From an uncultured Clostridia bacterium (lineage in GTDB: Bacteria; Bacillota; Clostridia; TANB77; CAG-508): DNA of 64,000 bases. Where the stretch lies: the NCBI GenBank assembly GCA_934149075.1, contig CAKPDR010000009.1:1565-65564 (forward strand), in the 5' to 3' direction. The stretch's first letter is position 1; each line of letters begins with the position of its first letter. Below the pieces are notes generated by a model, which was not told the DNA's origin, ran no database searches, and was given only the letters and a program-made list of their open reading frames with translations. Shown here one piece after another: positions 10,011 to 18,014 of this stretch. Made by a program: the position numbers and the translations under genes.

Positions 10011-10913
10011 TTATATTTCTTTTAATAGGTTAGCTACTTCTTCTGCTGTTGCTAAATTCATTGAAAATGAGCTTGCACTTCCTGTAGCTATTCCCATTTT
10101 AAAAGCTTGTTCAAAATCTCCACTTTTTTCATAGCCTGCTATAAATCCCGCTACCATGGAGTCTCCTGCACCAACTGTATTTAATACTTTTCCTTTGGGT
10201 GCTTTTGAATAAAATTCTTTTCCTTCTGTTGTTAATAATATAGCTCCTTCTCCTCCTAATGATATTAAAACATTTTGTGCTCCAATTAGCTGAAGTTTCT
10301 TTGCATGAACTATAATTTCTTCTTTTGTTTCTATTTTTTCTTTAAATGTTTCTTCTAATTCTTCTTTATTTGGCTTTATTAAAAATGGTTTATATTTTAA
10401 AACATTCATTAATAATTCTTTTGTAGCATCTACTACAAATGTTACATTATTTCTTTCTAATGTTTTACATATTATTTCATATATATCATTATTTATACAT
10501 CTTGGTATATTTCCTGCTAGTATTACCATATCTTCTTTTGTTATTTTTTCAATTTTTTCTAATAATTTATTGATGTCTTCTTCTGTTATTTCTGGTCCAT
10601 TTCCATTTAACGCTGTTTCTTCATTTGAACTAATTTTTACATTGATTCTCGTAATTCCTTTTTCTACTTTTATAAAGTCTGTTTTTATCCCTTTTTCTTC
10701 AATGTTTCTTTTTAATTCTTTTCCTGTAAATCCTGCTATAAATCCTAATGCTGTACTTTCTATTCCAAGATTTTTTAGAACTGTTGATACATTTAGTCCT
10801 TTTCCTCCTGGAAGTATTTTTTCAGTTTTTGTTCTATTTATTTTTCCAATTTTAAAATTTTCTACTTGTGATATGTAATCTAGAGCTGGATTAAATGTAA
10901 TTGTATATATCAT
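10011..10913 (-). CDS. fruK: 1-phosphofructokinase (PfkB family); the start is moved to the second ATG
   Basis: MIYTITFNPALDY..GGKGLNVS..(ribokinase/PfkB motifs), DTVGAGDSMVAGF; GAGGTGA RBS 5 nt before the ATG at 10913; immediately upstream of fruA. Confidence 0.85.
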   Translation of the reverse strand: MIYTITFNPALDYISQVENFKIGKINRTKTEKILPGGKGLNVSTVLKNLGIESTALGFIAGFTGKELKRNIEEKGIKTDFIKVEKGITRINVKISSNEETALNGNGPEITEEDINKLLEKIEKITKEDMVILAGNIPRCINNDIYEIICKTLERNNVTFVVDATKELLMNVLKYKPFLIKPNKEELEETFKEKIETKEEIIVHAKKLQLIGAQNVLISLGGEGAILLTTEGKEFYSKAPKGKVLNTVGAGDSMVAGFIAGYEKSGDFEQAFKMGIATGSASSFSMNLATAEEVANLLKEI

Positions 10914-11040
10914 TTTATTCACCTCAATTTTTATCATATTATCATAATTAATTTTAATTTACAATAGTATTTTTTATTTTTAAGCGAAAAAAAAACTATA
11001 ATTTTACATTTTTATTATAGTTCTTTTTTTATTCGATTTT

Positions 11041-11625
11041 TTATGCATTTTGTGATGAATTTGTTCCTCCATCAAATGGTATAAATTTGTTTACTATGCT
11101 TCCAGTAGACACTTCTATATTATTAGTATCTGTTTTAAACATTGCAAATGATGTATTTATTTTATTATCAACTAATTCTTCAACTTCATCCTGTGTTGCA
11201 TGTTCTGCTAATACTAGCTCACTTACTAGTATTTGTTTTGCATTATGTAACATTTTCTTTTCTCCTGTTGATAACCCTTTTTCTTTTTGTTTGAAACTTA
11301 AATTTCTTACAACATCGGCAATTTCATATATATTTCCACTTTTCATCTTGTCCATATTATCTCTATAACGTTTGTTCCAGTTTTTCTCCATTTCCGTTTC
11401 GTCTTGTTCTAATACATTTATAACTTTTTCTGCTTCTGTTTTATCAATTACATTTCTAATACCATGTTCTTCCGCTGTTGATATAGGCACCATTACCTTT
11501 ACTTCTCCTGGCATTTTTAATATATAATATGATTGTTTTTCCCCTAATATTTCTTTCTCCTCTATTGAATCTATAACCCCCGCTCCATGCATTGGGTATA
11601 CTATTTTGTCCCCTACATTGTACAT
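11041..11625 (-). CDS. CarD/CdnL-family RNA-polymerase-binding transcription factor
   Basis: N-terminal VGDKIVYPMHGAGVI...YYILKMP (CarD_CdnL_TRCF domain); start reassigned to the ATG 5 nt after AAAGGAGTGA. Confidence 0.75.
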   Translation of the reverse strand: MYNVGDKIVYPMHGAGVIDSIEEKEILGEKQSYYILKMPGEVKVMVPISTAEEHGIRNVIDKTEAEKVINVLEQDETEMEKNWNKRYRDNMDKMKSGNIYEIADVVRNLSFKQKEKGLSTGEKKMLHNAKQILVSELVLAEHATQDEVEELVDNKINTSFAMFKTDTNNIEVSTGSIVNKFIPFDGGTNSSQNA

Positions 11626-11763
11626 GTAAGTCACTCCTTTCAGTCTTTATATTTTGGTTTTCAATCACGTTTCACTTATTATCTCAACCATTTTTATTAT
11701 ACTACAAAAAATGGCAAAAGTCAAAGCTTTTACCATTTTTTTTAATTTTTTTCATTTATAATT

Positions 11764-12225
11764 TCACTTATTTGTTGACCCAAATCCGCCAGTTCTAGCA
11801 CCTTCAGCCATATCATTATCTGCTATTAAAAATGGCATAAATATTGCTTGCCCAATACAGTCACCTTTTTTTATTTCAACATCTTCGTCTTTTATGTTAT
11901 AAAATGCAAACATTATATGTCCATCATTATCTGAATTTCCATAATAGTCTTGATCTACAACTCCTATACTGTTTGCAAGTATTAATCCTTTTTTTCCTGG
12001 ATTAGAACTTCTATTTGCTAACATTAAATATTCATTTTCTTTCATATACGCTTTTATTCCTGTTTTTACTAGTGTTGGTTTCATTCCTTTTTTAAATGAT
12101 GGTATGATTGTATTTTCTGCTGCTTCTACATCATATCCTGCTGAATATTTTGTTTTTCTTACTGGTAAATTTATTCCTTTATCTTCAAATCCTTTTGCTA
12201 TTTCAAATCCTCTTATTTTTTCCAT
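11764..12225 (-). CDS. dut: dUTP diphosphatase (trimeric dUTPase)
   Basis: 153 aa; motifs KYSAGYDV, GVVDQDYYG, C-terminal RTGGFGSTNK. Confidence 0.9.
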   Translation of the reverse strand: MEKIRGFEIAKGFEDKGINLPVRKTKYSAGYDVEAAENTIIPSFKKGMKPTLVKTGIKAYMKENEYLMLANRSSNPGKKGLILANSIGVVDQDYYGNSDNDGHIMFAFYNIKDEDVEIKKGDCIGQAIFMPFLIADNDMAEGARTGGFGSTNK

Positions 12226-12387
12226 GTTTTTTCATCCTTTCTTTGTTTTCTTTATTCTTTCATATCATTATTTAATTGTCAAGATTGTGAAAAAATTAAT
12301 TCAAAAAAATTGCACAAGTTTCAGATCAAAAGTCAATAAAAACTCTCCACCTTTTTAGATGGAGAGAAAGATAAACTCTTTTTCTGT

Positions 12388-12675
12388 TTAATTTTTTCTA
12401 ACAAATTCCAATCTTGTGGATTTCATAAATCCAAATTCACCATTGTCCATAAGGACACCAAAGAAGTGATCTGATTCGTCCCTACGAATTTCAACAATTC
12501 TCCCAGTTCCTTCATGCATAATTGTAGGACAAATATATCCTCTACAATCAGCAGTTACACGAACTACATCATATAACCGATATTTAAGTTCTCCATTAAC
12601 TTGAACTGCAACAGGGATGTCAAATTCGTCAACAACCAACTCATAGTTAGAAAAAATTGTGTGTTCTATTTTCAT
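12388..12675 (-). CDS. Hypothetical 95-aa protein (start at the internal ATG with RBS AAGGAGGA)
   Basis: ORF with a perfect SD 6 nt upstream of MKIEHTIF; followed by a terminator hairpin CTCTCCA..TGGAGAG plus T-run; no family recognised. Confidence 0.5.
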   Translation of the reverse strand: MKIEHTIFSNYELVVDEFDIPVAVQVNGELKYRLYDVVRVTADCRGYICPTIMHEGTGRIVEIRRDESDHFFGVLMDNGEFGFMKSTRLEFVRKN

Positions 12676-12795
12676 GTTATTCCTCCTTGGGTAATTACCC
12701 ATAATAATTTTGTCTATAGCTACTGATGTAACGGAGTTGCAAAATAAAAAACTCTGTAAAGCACTGATTTATCAGTGTTTCAGAGTTTTTAGTTT

Positions 12796-12870
12796 TGGTT
12801 GGGCTGGCTAGATTCGAACTAGCGCATGCCAGAGTCAAAGTCTGGTGCCTTACCGCTTGGCTACAGCCCA
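12796..12870 (-). tRNA. tRNA-Gln (anticodon UUG), CCA encoded
   Basis: Cloverleaf UGGGCUGUAGCCAAGCGGUAAGGCACCAGACUUUGACUCUGG...GUUCGAAUC..CAGCCCA-A-CCA. Confidence 0.9.
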
Positions 12871-12885
12871 ATATATAATATTTTA

Positions 12886-12963
12886 TGGGGTGGAAGATGG
12901 GACTCGAACCCACGGTCTCCAGTGCCACAAACTGGCGCGTTAACCAACTACGCTACATCCACC
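12886..12963 (-). tRNA. tRNA-His (anticodon GUG) with the extra G-1:C73 pair, CCA encoded
   Basis: G-GUGGAUGUAGC..anticodon stem CCAGU/ACUGG, loop UUGUGGC; T-arm GUGGGUUCGAGUCCCAU; ..CUUCCAC-C-CCA. Confidence 0.9.
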
Positions 12964-12995
12964 GTCATTGTAGCTCATTTGTGAGCACAGTTAAT

Positions 12996-13024
12996 ATTTT
13001 AATATGATTTTTCATATTTGTCAA
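12996..13024 (-). promoter_or_regulatory. Sigma-A-type promoter for the tRNA-His/tRNA-Gln operon
   Basis: Reverse strand reads TTGACA, then a 17-nt spacer, then TAAAAT, about 25 nt upstream of the tRNA-His 5' end. Confidence 0.5.
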
Positions 13025-13080
13025 GTTTTTTTCAATAATTTCTTAAAGTTTTGTTGCAGTTTAGTTACAATTCGCACTCC

Positions 13081-13442
13081 TTAAAAATATTATATATGTT
13101 GGGAACCTTCCTAGGTGATTATATATATTTGAGATTTTGTCCTGTTCATTACGTTCAAAAAGAAAATCTACCATAAAAAACTGAGCCTCTCTCACTCAGG
13201 TATAAAATGCATATATATATATGAGTTTAAACTTTTCGAATGTGATTGGAGCAATATTAGAATTTCTTATGTTGCGTATTGAGCCAAGAAAATGTTTCAA
13301 ATCATATACATATATGCATTTTTCCGTGAGCATTCCTCATTTTTTTATTTTAAATTTTCTATTTTTCACTCCAATCAAACGGACAAAATCTCAAATATAT
13401 ATAATCACCTAGGAAGGTTCCCAACATATATAATATTTTTAA
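13081..13442. mobile_element. MITE-like 362-bp element bounded by perfect 62-bp terminal inverted repeats
   Basis: 13081-13142 is the exact reverse complement of 13381-13442; the 238-bp core has internal hairpins (CTGAGC..CACTCAGG) and no convincing ORF. Confidence 0.5.
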
Positions 13443-13527
13443 TGGCTGTGAATCGTAACTCTGTTTAATATTTTTACCAATTTCACAAAAAATAATACCT
13501 ATAAGACTAGGTACTATTTTTTGTATT

Positions 13528-14517
13528 TTATTCTTCTCCTCTACCTTCTGGTAAAGCATCTGGCAATTCAATTCTAATTCTAATCTTGCAAACATAAGAT
13601 ATAGCTCTTCCCAATTTACTATTTTTAATTCTTTGCCATAAAGATGGTTTTTTCTCAAATGTGACAGAATTTTGATATTCTTGTATCTCTTGTTCTTCAA
13701 CAGCCATTTCGTCAACTTCATCTTCATTTTCTTCCTCAAATGAAAGAACTTGAGAAATTGTTTTTTCAGGAACAACTTCTTCTTTTGCAACTTTTACCTT
13801 TTCTGTCTTTTTAGTTGCTTTTGCTTTGTTTACTTCTTTTACTTCTTCTATTTCTTGAACTTCTTCTACATTTTCCTCAATTATTGCATCTGCAGGTTTT
13901 GGAATTCCCTTTAAAGCTTCTGCAACCTCAATTCCTATATAGCTTAAAGCTTTTGATCTATCTTCTGTTCTTTCTAAATCTATTTCTATATGTAAATTTG
14001 TTTCTAAATTATTTACTCTTGCATTTAACAATTTTAAAGCATCTTGATAATTTTGACTTTTTCTGCTTCTATCTTTCCCGACCAATGTAAGTGTATCAAT
14101 TACATCCTCTGAAAAGTCTCCTTCTGCTTCTTTAACCTTATCTTTCCATCCCGTTTCTCTTGACTCAACAACACCAATCAGTTCTGTCAATTTACCTGCT
14201 AATGCTATATTTTCTTCTCTTTGTCTAATTAGTTCCTCAACTTTTTTAGTATTTTCTTCAAATTGTATAGTTGCATATTCAACCAAACCATATGCTGCCT
14301 TATATACACTTACTGGGAAATTCTTTTTCTTAGGATATTCTATTAAATAAGCTTTTATAGATTCAATCAAATCCTTGAAATATGTGTCGTCTTCTAATTG
14401 AACTATTTGCTTTTTGCTTTTCGGATTTATCATTTTTTGTACTTTATCTATATTTGATAGTATTTTTTCTTCTGTGATAACCATTCTCACATTTACTATG
14501 CCTGATCTTCTAGACAT
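13528..14517 (-). CDS. Hypothetical protein with an acidic/lysine-rich coiled-coil C-terminal half
   Basis: 329 aa, AAGGAGGA RBS 8 nt upstream; no confident family assignment. Confidence 0.5.
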   Translation of the reverse strand: MSRRSGIVNVRMVITEEKILSNIDKVQKMINPKSKKQIVQLEDDTYFKDLIESIKAYLIEYPKKKNFPVSVYKAAYGLVEYATIQFEENTKKVEELIRQREENIALAGKLTELIGVVESRETGWKDKVKEAEGDFSEDVIDTLTLVGKDRSRKSQNYQDALKLLNARVNNLETNLHIEIDLERTEDRSKALSYIGIEVAEALKGIPKPADAIIEENVEEVQEIEEVKEVNKAKATKKTEKVKVAKEEVVPEKTISQVLSFEEENEDEVDEMAVEEQEIQEYQNSVTFEKKPSLWQRIKNSKLGRAISYVCKIRIRIELPDALPEGRGEE

Positions 14518-14740
14518 GCAAATTCCTCCTTCTTCCTATGTGGTCAATAATTAAATTCTATTTTATTATACAACAGGTACCATAAAACCTCAAGGCTTTT
14601 TTTGAGTTTTTTATATTACATTTATATTACAATTGTAACACAAATGTAATATAAAGAAGACTTGACATTATAATTGTCGTACTTAATAGGAACAGCTAAA
14701 AACTTGTTTACTTTAACAAATTTAACTGTTCCATAACATT

Positions 14741-16450
14741 CTATCCAAATATTTTTTTCATTTCTTCATGTCTTTTAATTTTTAAAGTTGTTGTCTTTAT
14801 AAGCTCTTCTTCTGTAATAATCATTTCTCTAACATATTTATATTTAGGCATCAATCTATTAACTTCTTTTACTTTTTCCCATAAGAATTCTCTAATTTTA
14901 TCTTCAGCTTCAATATTATATAATTCTTTAATTATTTCTTTATCATAAACTATTTTTACGCAAACCTTCACATCTCCGTCGTCTTCTTTTTTTTCATAAA
15001 CAAATGATTCTTTTATTCCTTCTACTTTATTTAATAATGTTTCAATTTCTTCTGGGAATACATTTTTTCCATTATTTAGAACTATTACACTTTTCTTTCT
15101 GCCAGAAATATAAATAAATCCATCTTTATCAATTCTTGCTAAATCACCCGTATGGAACCACCCATCTGGTTCTAAAGCTGATTTGGTAGCTTCTTCATTT
15201 TCATAATACCCAAGCATTATTGATGGACCTTTTGCCATTAATTCTCCTATTCCTTCTTCGTCTGGATTATCAATTTTAACTTCAACACTTGGAAACTTCT
15301 TTCCTATTGAGCCTAATCTTCTACACTTAGGAATTTCTGCTGCAATTACTGGTGATGTTTCTGTAAGTCCATATCCTTGTTCTAAATCAAATCCTAAGTC
15401 ATTAAACCCTTTTTCAGTCTCAGGATCTAATGCTGCACCACCAGTTACAACTAATTTTAAATCTGGTCCTAAACTTTCATGAATTTCTTTAAATATTTGC
15501 TTTCTAAGGTCTATTTTTACTTTTAATAATAAATTTGATATCTTTCTACCTTTTTCTACAGTTGGTAATTTTCCTTTTTTCTCAATTGTTTTCATTACTT
15601 TTCTATATATAATATCAAATACAGCCGGAACTGATATCATTGCAGTTATACGATAGTCTTTAATGTTGTCTGCCATATGTTTTACACCTTCGCAAAAATA
15701 TATACATGATCCAATTGATACAGGATATAAAAATCCCACTGTACATTCGAATACATGATGTAATGGCAAGAATGATAAAAATCTTTCTTTATCATTTAAA
15801 TTGAATCTTTCATCTATATCCATTATGTTTGTTACTATATTTTTATGTGATAGCATTACTGCTTTTGACATTGCTGTAGTTCCTGATGTAAATAGCATTA
15901 TTCCCATTTTGTCAGCATCGATTTTTGCATCTAAATAACTTGTATCTCCATCTTCTATTAATTTTTTTCCTTTTTCTACTAATGCCTTTTGAGAATATAT
16001 GCCATTTGTATTTTCATCTAATTCCATTGATATAAAATATCTTAAATTAGTATTCTTTTTTTCTCTTAGCTTGTTCATTACTTCATCATATTTCTTTGAA
16101 TAAAATATTGCTTCTACTTGTGAACGTAAAATTAAACTTTCGATTTCATTTTCTGGTAATGATTTATCTAATGGTACAACCACTCCTGTTCCTGCTGCAA
16201 TTGATAAATATGCCAATTCCCATTCATATCTATTTTCAGAAATTACCGCAATCCTTTTGTCTTTTAACCCCATTTTTATTAGTGCCGTTCCTAATGCATT
16301 TATTTCATCTCTAAATTCCTTATGTGTTACTTGTCTCATTTCACCTTTTATTTCTGTTTTTAACATATATGCCGGTCTATTACTATATACTTCTCCTGTT
16401 TGTTTTAACATATCTTTTAAATCTGTATATTTCATTTTTTTTGATTCCAT
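14741..16450 (-). CDS. AMP-dependent synthetase/ligase (long-chain acyl-CoA synthetase-like)
   Basis: 569 aa; AMP-binding motif LFTSGTTAMSKAVMLSHKN, GYGLTETS, hinge/KxxK C-terminal region. Confidence 0.85.
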   Translation of the reverse strand: MESKKMKYTDLKDMLKQTGEVYSNRPAYMLKTEIKGEMRQVTHKEFRDEINALGTALIKMGLKDKRIAVISENRYEWELAYLSIAAGTGVVVPLDKSLPENEIESLILRSQVEAIFYSKKYDEVMNKLREKKNTNLRYFISMELDENTNGIYSQKALVEKGKKLIEDGDTSYLDAKIDADKMGIMLFTSGTTAMSKAVMLSHKNIVTNIMDIDERFNLNDKERFLSFLPLHHVFECTVGFLYPVSIGSCIYFCEGVKHMADNIKDYRITAMISVPAVFDIIYRKVMKTIEKKGKLPTVEKGRKISNLLLKVKIDLRKQIFKEIHESLGPDLKLVVTGGAALDPETEKGFNDLGFDLEQGYGLTETSPVIAAEIPKCRRLGSIGKKFPSVEVKIDNPDEEGIGELMAKGPSIMLGYYENEEATKSALEPDGWFHTGDLARIDKDGFIYISGRKKSVIVLNNGKNVFPEEIETLLNKVEGIKESFVYEKKEDDGDVKVCVKIVYDKEIIKELYNIEAEDKIREFLWEKVKEVNRLMPKYKYVREMIITEEELIKTTTLKIKRHEEMKKIFG

Positions 16451-16480
16451 TTTAAGCTATCATTCCCTTCATTTTATACA

Positions 16481-17065
16481 TTATTTTATTCTTAATCCGT
16501 TTACAATTGTATTTTCGTATTCTTGATATAATTTCATTACATCCATTTGTTCTTCTTCTCTTTTTTTATATACCAATGTTGAGCATATTAAACCATATAT
16601 TTCTGAAGCAATTGCCCTTGTATCGCCTTTTTTTATCTCGCCTTTTTCAATTCCTTGTTGTACTATTTTTTCTATTTGTCCAATATAATCATATACATGT
16701 TCTTGGCATTTTTTATTTCTTGCTTCATTTCCCCAAAATTGACTTAGAATTATTGTTATTATATCTTCATATTTTGCCACTATCTTTATTTGAATTAATA
16801 TTATAGCTTTTATTTTATCTATGTAATTATTATGTTTTGCTGTTTTTATATCAACACTATTCTGTAACAGTTTAATTCCTTCTTCTATTAAGAAGTTGAA
16901 TATTTCTTCTTTACTAGAAAAGTGGTAATATAATGTGCCCTTTGCAACACCAACTGTCGCTGTAATTTCTTCTATGCTTGTTGCATCATATCCTTTTTCT
17001 GCAAATAGTTTCATTGATGTTTCAAATATTTTTCTTTTGGTTTTATTCATATACTTCACACCCAT
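16481..17065 (-). CDS. TetR/AcrR family transcriptional regulator
   Basis: N-terminal HTH TSMKLFAEKGYDATSIEEITATVGVAKGTLYYHF; likely forms an operon with the acyl-CoA ligase. Confidence 0.85.
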   Translation of the reverse strand: MGVKYMNKTKRKIFETSMKLFAEKGYDATSIEEITATVGVAKGTLYYHFSSKEEIFNFLIEEGIKLLQNSVDIKTAKHNNYIDKIKAIILIQIKIVAKYEDIITIILSQFWGNEARNKKCQEHVYDYIGQIEKIVQQGIEKGEIKKGDTRAIASEIYGLICSTLVYKKREEEQMDVMKLYQEYENTIVNGLRIK

Positions 17066-17231
17066 TATCTCTCAATTTTTCTTTCATATTATATAATTTT
17101 ATTGCATTTTATGCAAGCTTTTTTTATAATTTGAATTACCATTCAGTTTTTATGATACATATAAAAATATAAAAAGTTAAATAATATTCCACATTATGTT
17201 TTCCTTCAAGTTTACAATCTCATTTTCAAAA

Positions 17232-17311
17232 TTTATCCACATGGTTGTGGATAATGTGGATAACTTTGTGAATAACTTTAAATAGACATTTTTCATTTAC
17301 AAGTTATTCAC
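17232..17311. promoter_or_regulatory. Cluster of five DnaA-box 9-mers (three perfect TTATCCACA/TGTGGATAA, two TTATTCACA-type)
   Basis: Boxes at 17232-40, 17245-53 and 17254-62 (tandem, abutting), 17266-74 and 17303-11; intergenic region upstream of the tetR-ligase operon. Confidence 0.55.
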
Positions 17312-17407
17312 ATTTGGTTGTTGACAATTCTCAATTTACATTTATTTGCAATTTTTATCATTTTTTATGTAACTCATTTTTATAATGTATTGTAAAAAAT
17401 AAGAATG

Positions 17408-17517
17408 TAATATATTATTTTAAAGTTTAACAAGGTGTTTTAAATTTGTTTCAAACAAATTTAAAATAGCAAGACGTCCGCAGTTAAACGATAAAATAAT
17501 ATATTACATTCTTATTA
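17408..17517. repeat. Perfect 25-bp inverted repeat (AATAAGAATGTAATATATTATTTTA) with a 60-bp spacer that holds a second perfect 11-bp palindrome
   Basis: Nested hairpin structure; a T-run follows on the minus strand, so it is a possible oversized terminator for the gene at 17560-17862. Confidence 0.4.
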
Positions 17518-17559
17518 AATTATAAATACACGAATTATATAAAGTACGCTTTTATCTTT

Positions 17560-17862
17560 TTACATAAATTTCAAATAAATAACTAAAATAATCTCTAGAA
17601 TCAGTATTACCGGTAATCCTACTGTAAATTTAAGTTTTTTAGTTTTATGTCTAAACGTATACATTCCAGCAATAGTACCAATTCCTCCACCTAATGCAGT
17701 AACAATAAATAATGTTTGTTCTGGAATTCTCCATTTTCCCCACTTGGCTCTTCTTTTATCTGACCACATCATATAAAATCCTATTAGGTTTATAATCACT
17801 AAATAAATTATTATATTTCTTATAGAGAATATATCTCCTATTTGTATATTATTTTCTAGCAT
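17560..17862 (-). CDS. DUF1294-family small membrane protein; the start moves to the internal ATG because the ORF-track N-terminus is translated from the repeat
   Basis: ..KRRAKWGKWRIPEQTLFIVTALGGGIGTIAG..; AAAGGAAG RBS 5 nt before MLENN. Confidence 0.65.
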   Translation of the reverse strand: MLENNIQIGDIFSIRNIIIYLVIINLIGFYMMWSDKRRAKWGKWRIPEQTLFIVTALGGGIGTIAGMYTFRHKTKKLKFTVGLPVILILEIILVIYLKFM

Positions 17863-17875
17863 TTTTCTTCCTTTC

Positions 17876-18013
17876 TTACCAGTAGGGACACTCATTTCTG
17901 GTAATTTTTTTTACCAATAGGGACACCCTTTATATAATTTCATTAATTTTTTTCGCATAAGAGTGTCCCCTGTGGTAACTTTTTTTACCATTAATGGGTG
18001 TCCCCAATGGTAA
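17876..18013. repeat. Four units of the REP-like palindromic repeat in inverted pairs
   Basis: TTACCAGTAGGGACACTCAT..., ..TACCAATAGGGACACCC.., ..GAGTGTCCCCTGTGGTAA.., ..GGGTGTCCCCAATGGTAAA; lies between the polC stop and the DUF1294 gene start. Confidence 0.7.
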
Positions 18014-18014
18014 A

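Noticed and set aside
12695-12928. 77-aa ORF on the minus strand (12695-12928) and the 73-aa ORF 58700-58921
   Set aside because: Both lie entirely over tRNA genes (Gln/His and Asp/Val); they are spurious.
13359-13790. 143-aa minus-strand ORF (13359-13790) and the 63-aa ORF 13221-13412
   Set aside because: The first overlaps the well-supported 13528-14517 gene in another frame and runs into the MITE-like inverted repeat; the second lies inside the MITE core with no RBS.
17232-17311. DnaA-box cluster as the chromosomal origin oriC
   Set aside because: No dnaA/dnaN, rpmH or other origin-context genes are within the window, and neighbours such as polC are not origin markers. It is kept as a DnaA-box cluster of unknown role, not called oriC.
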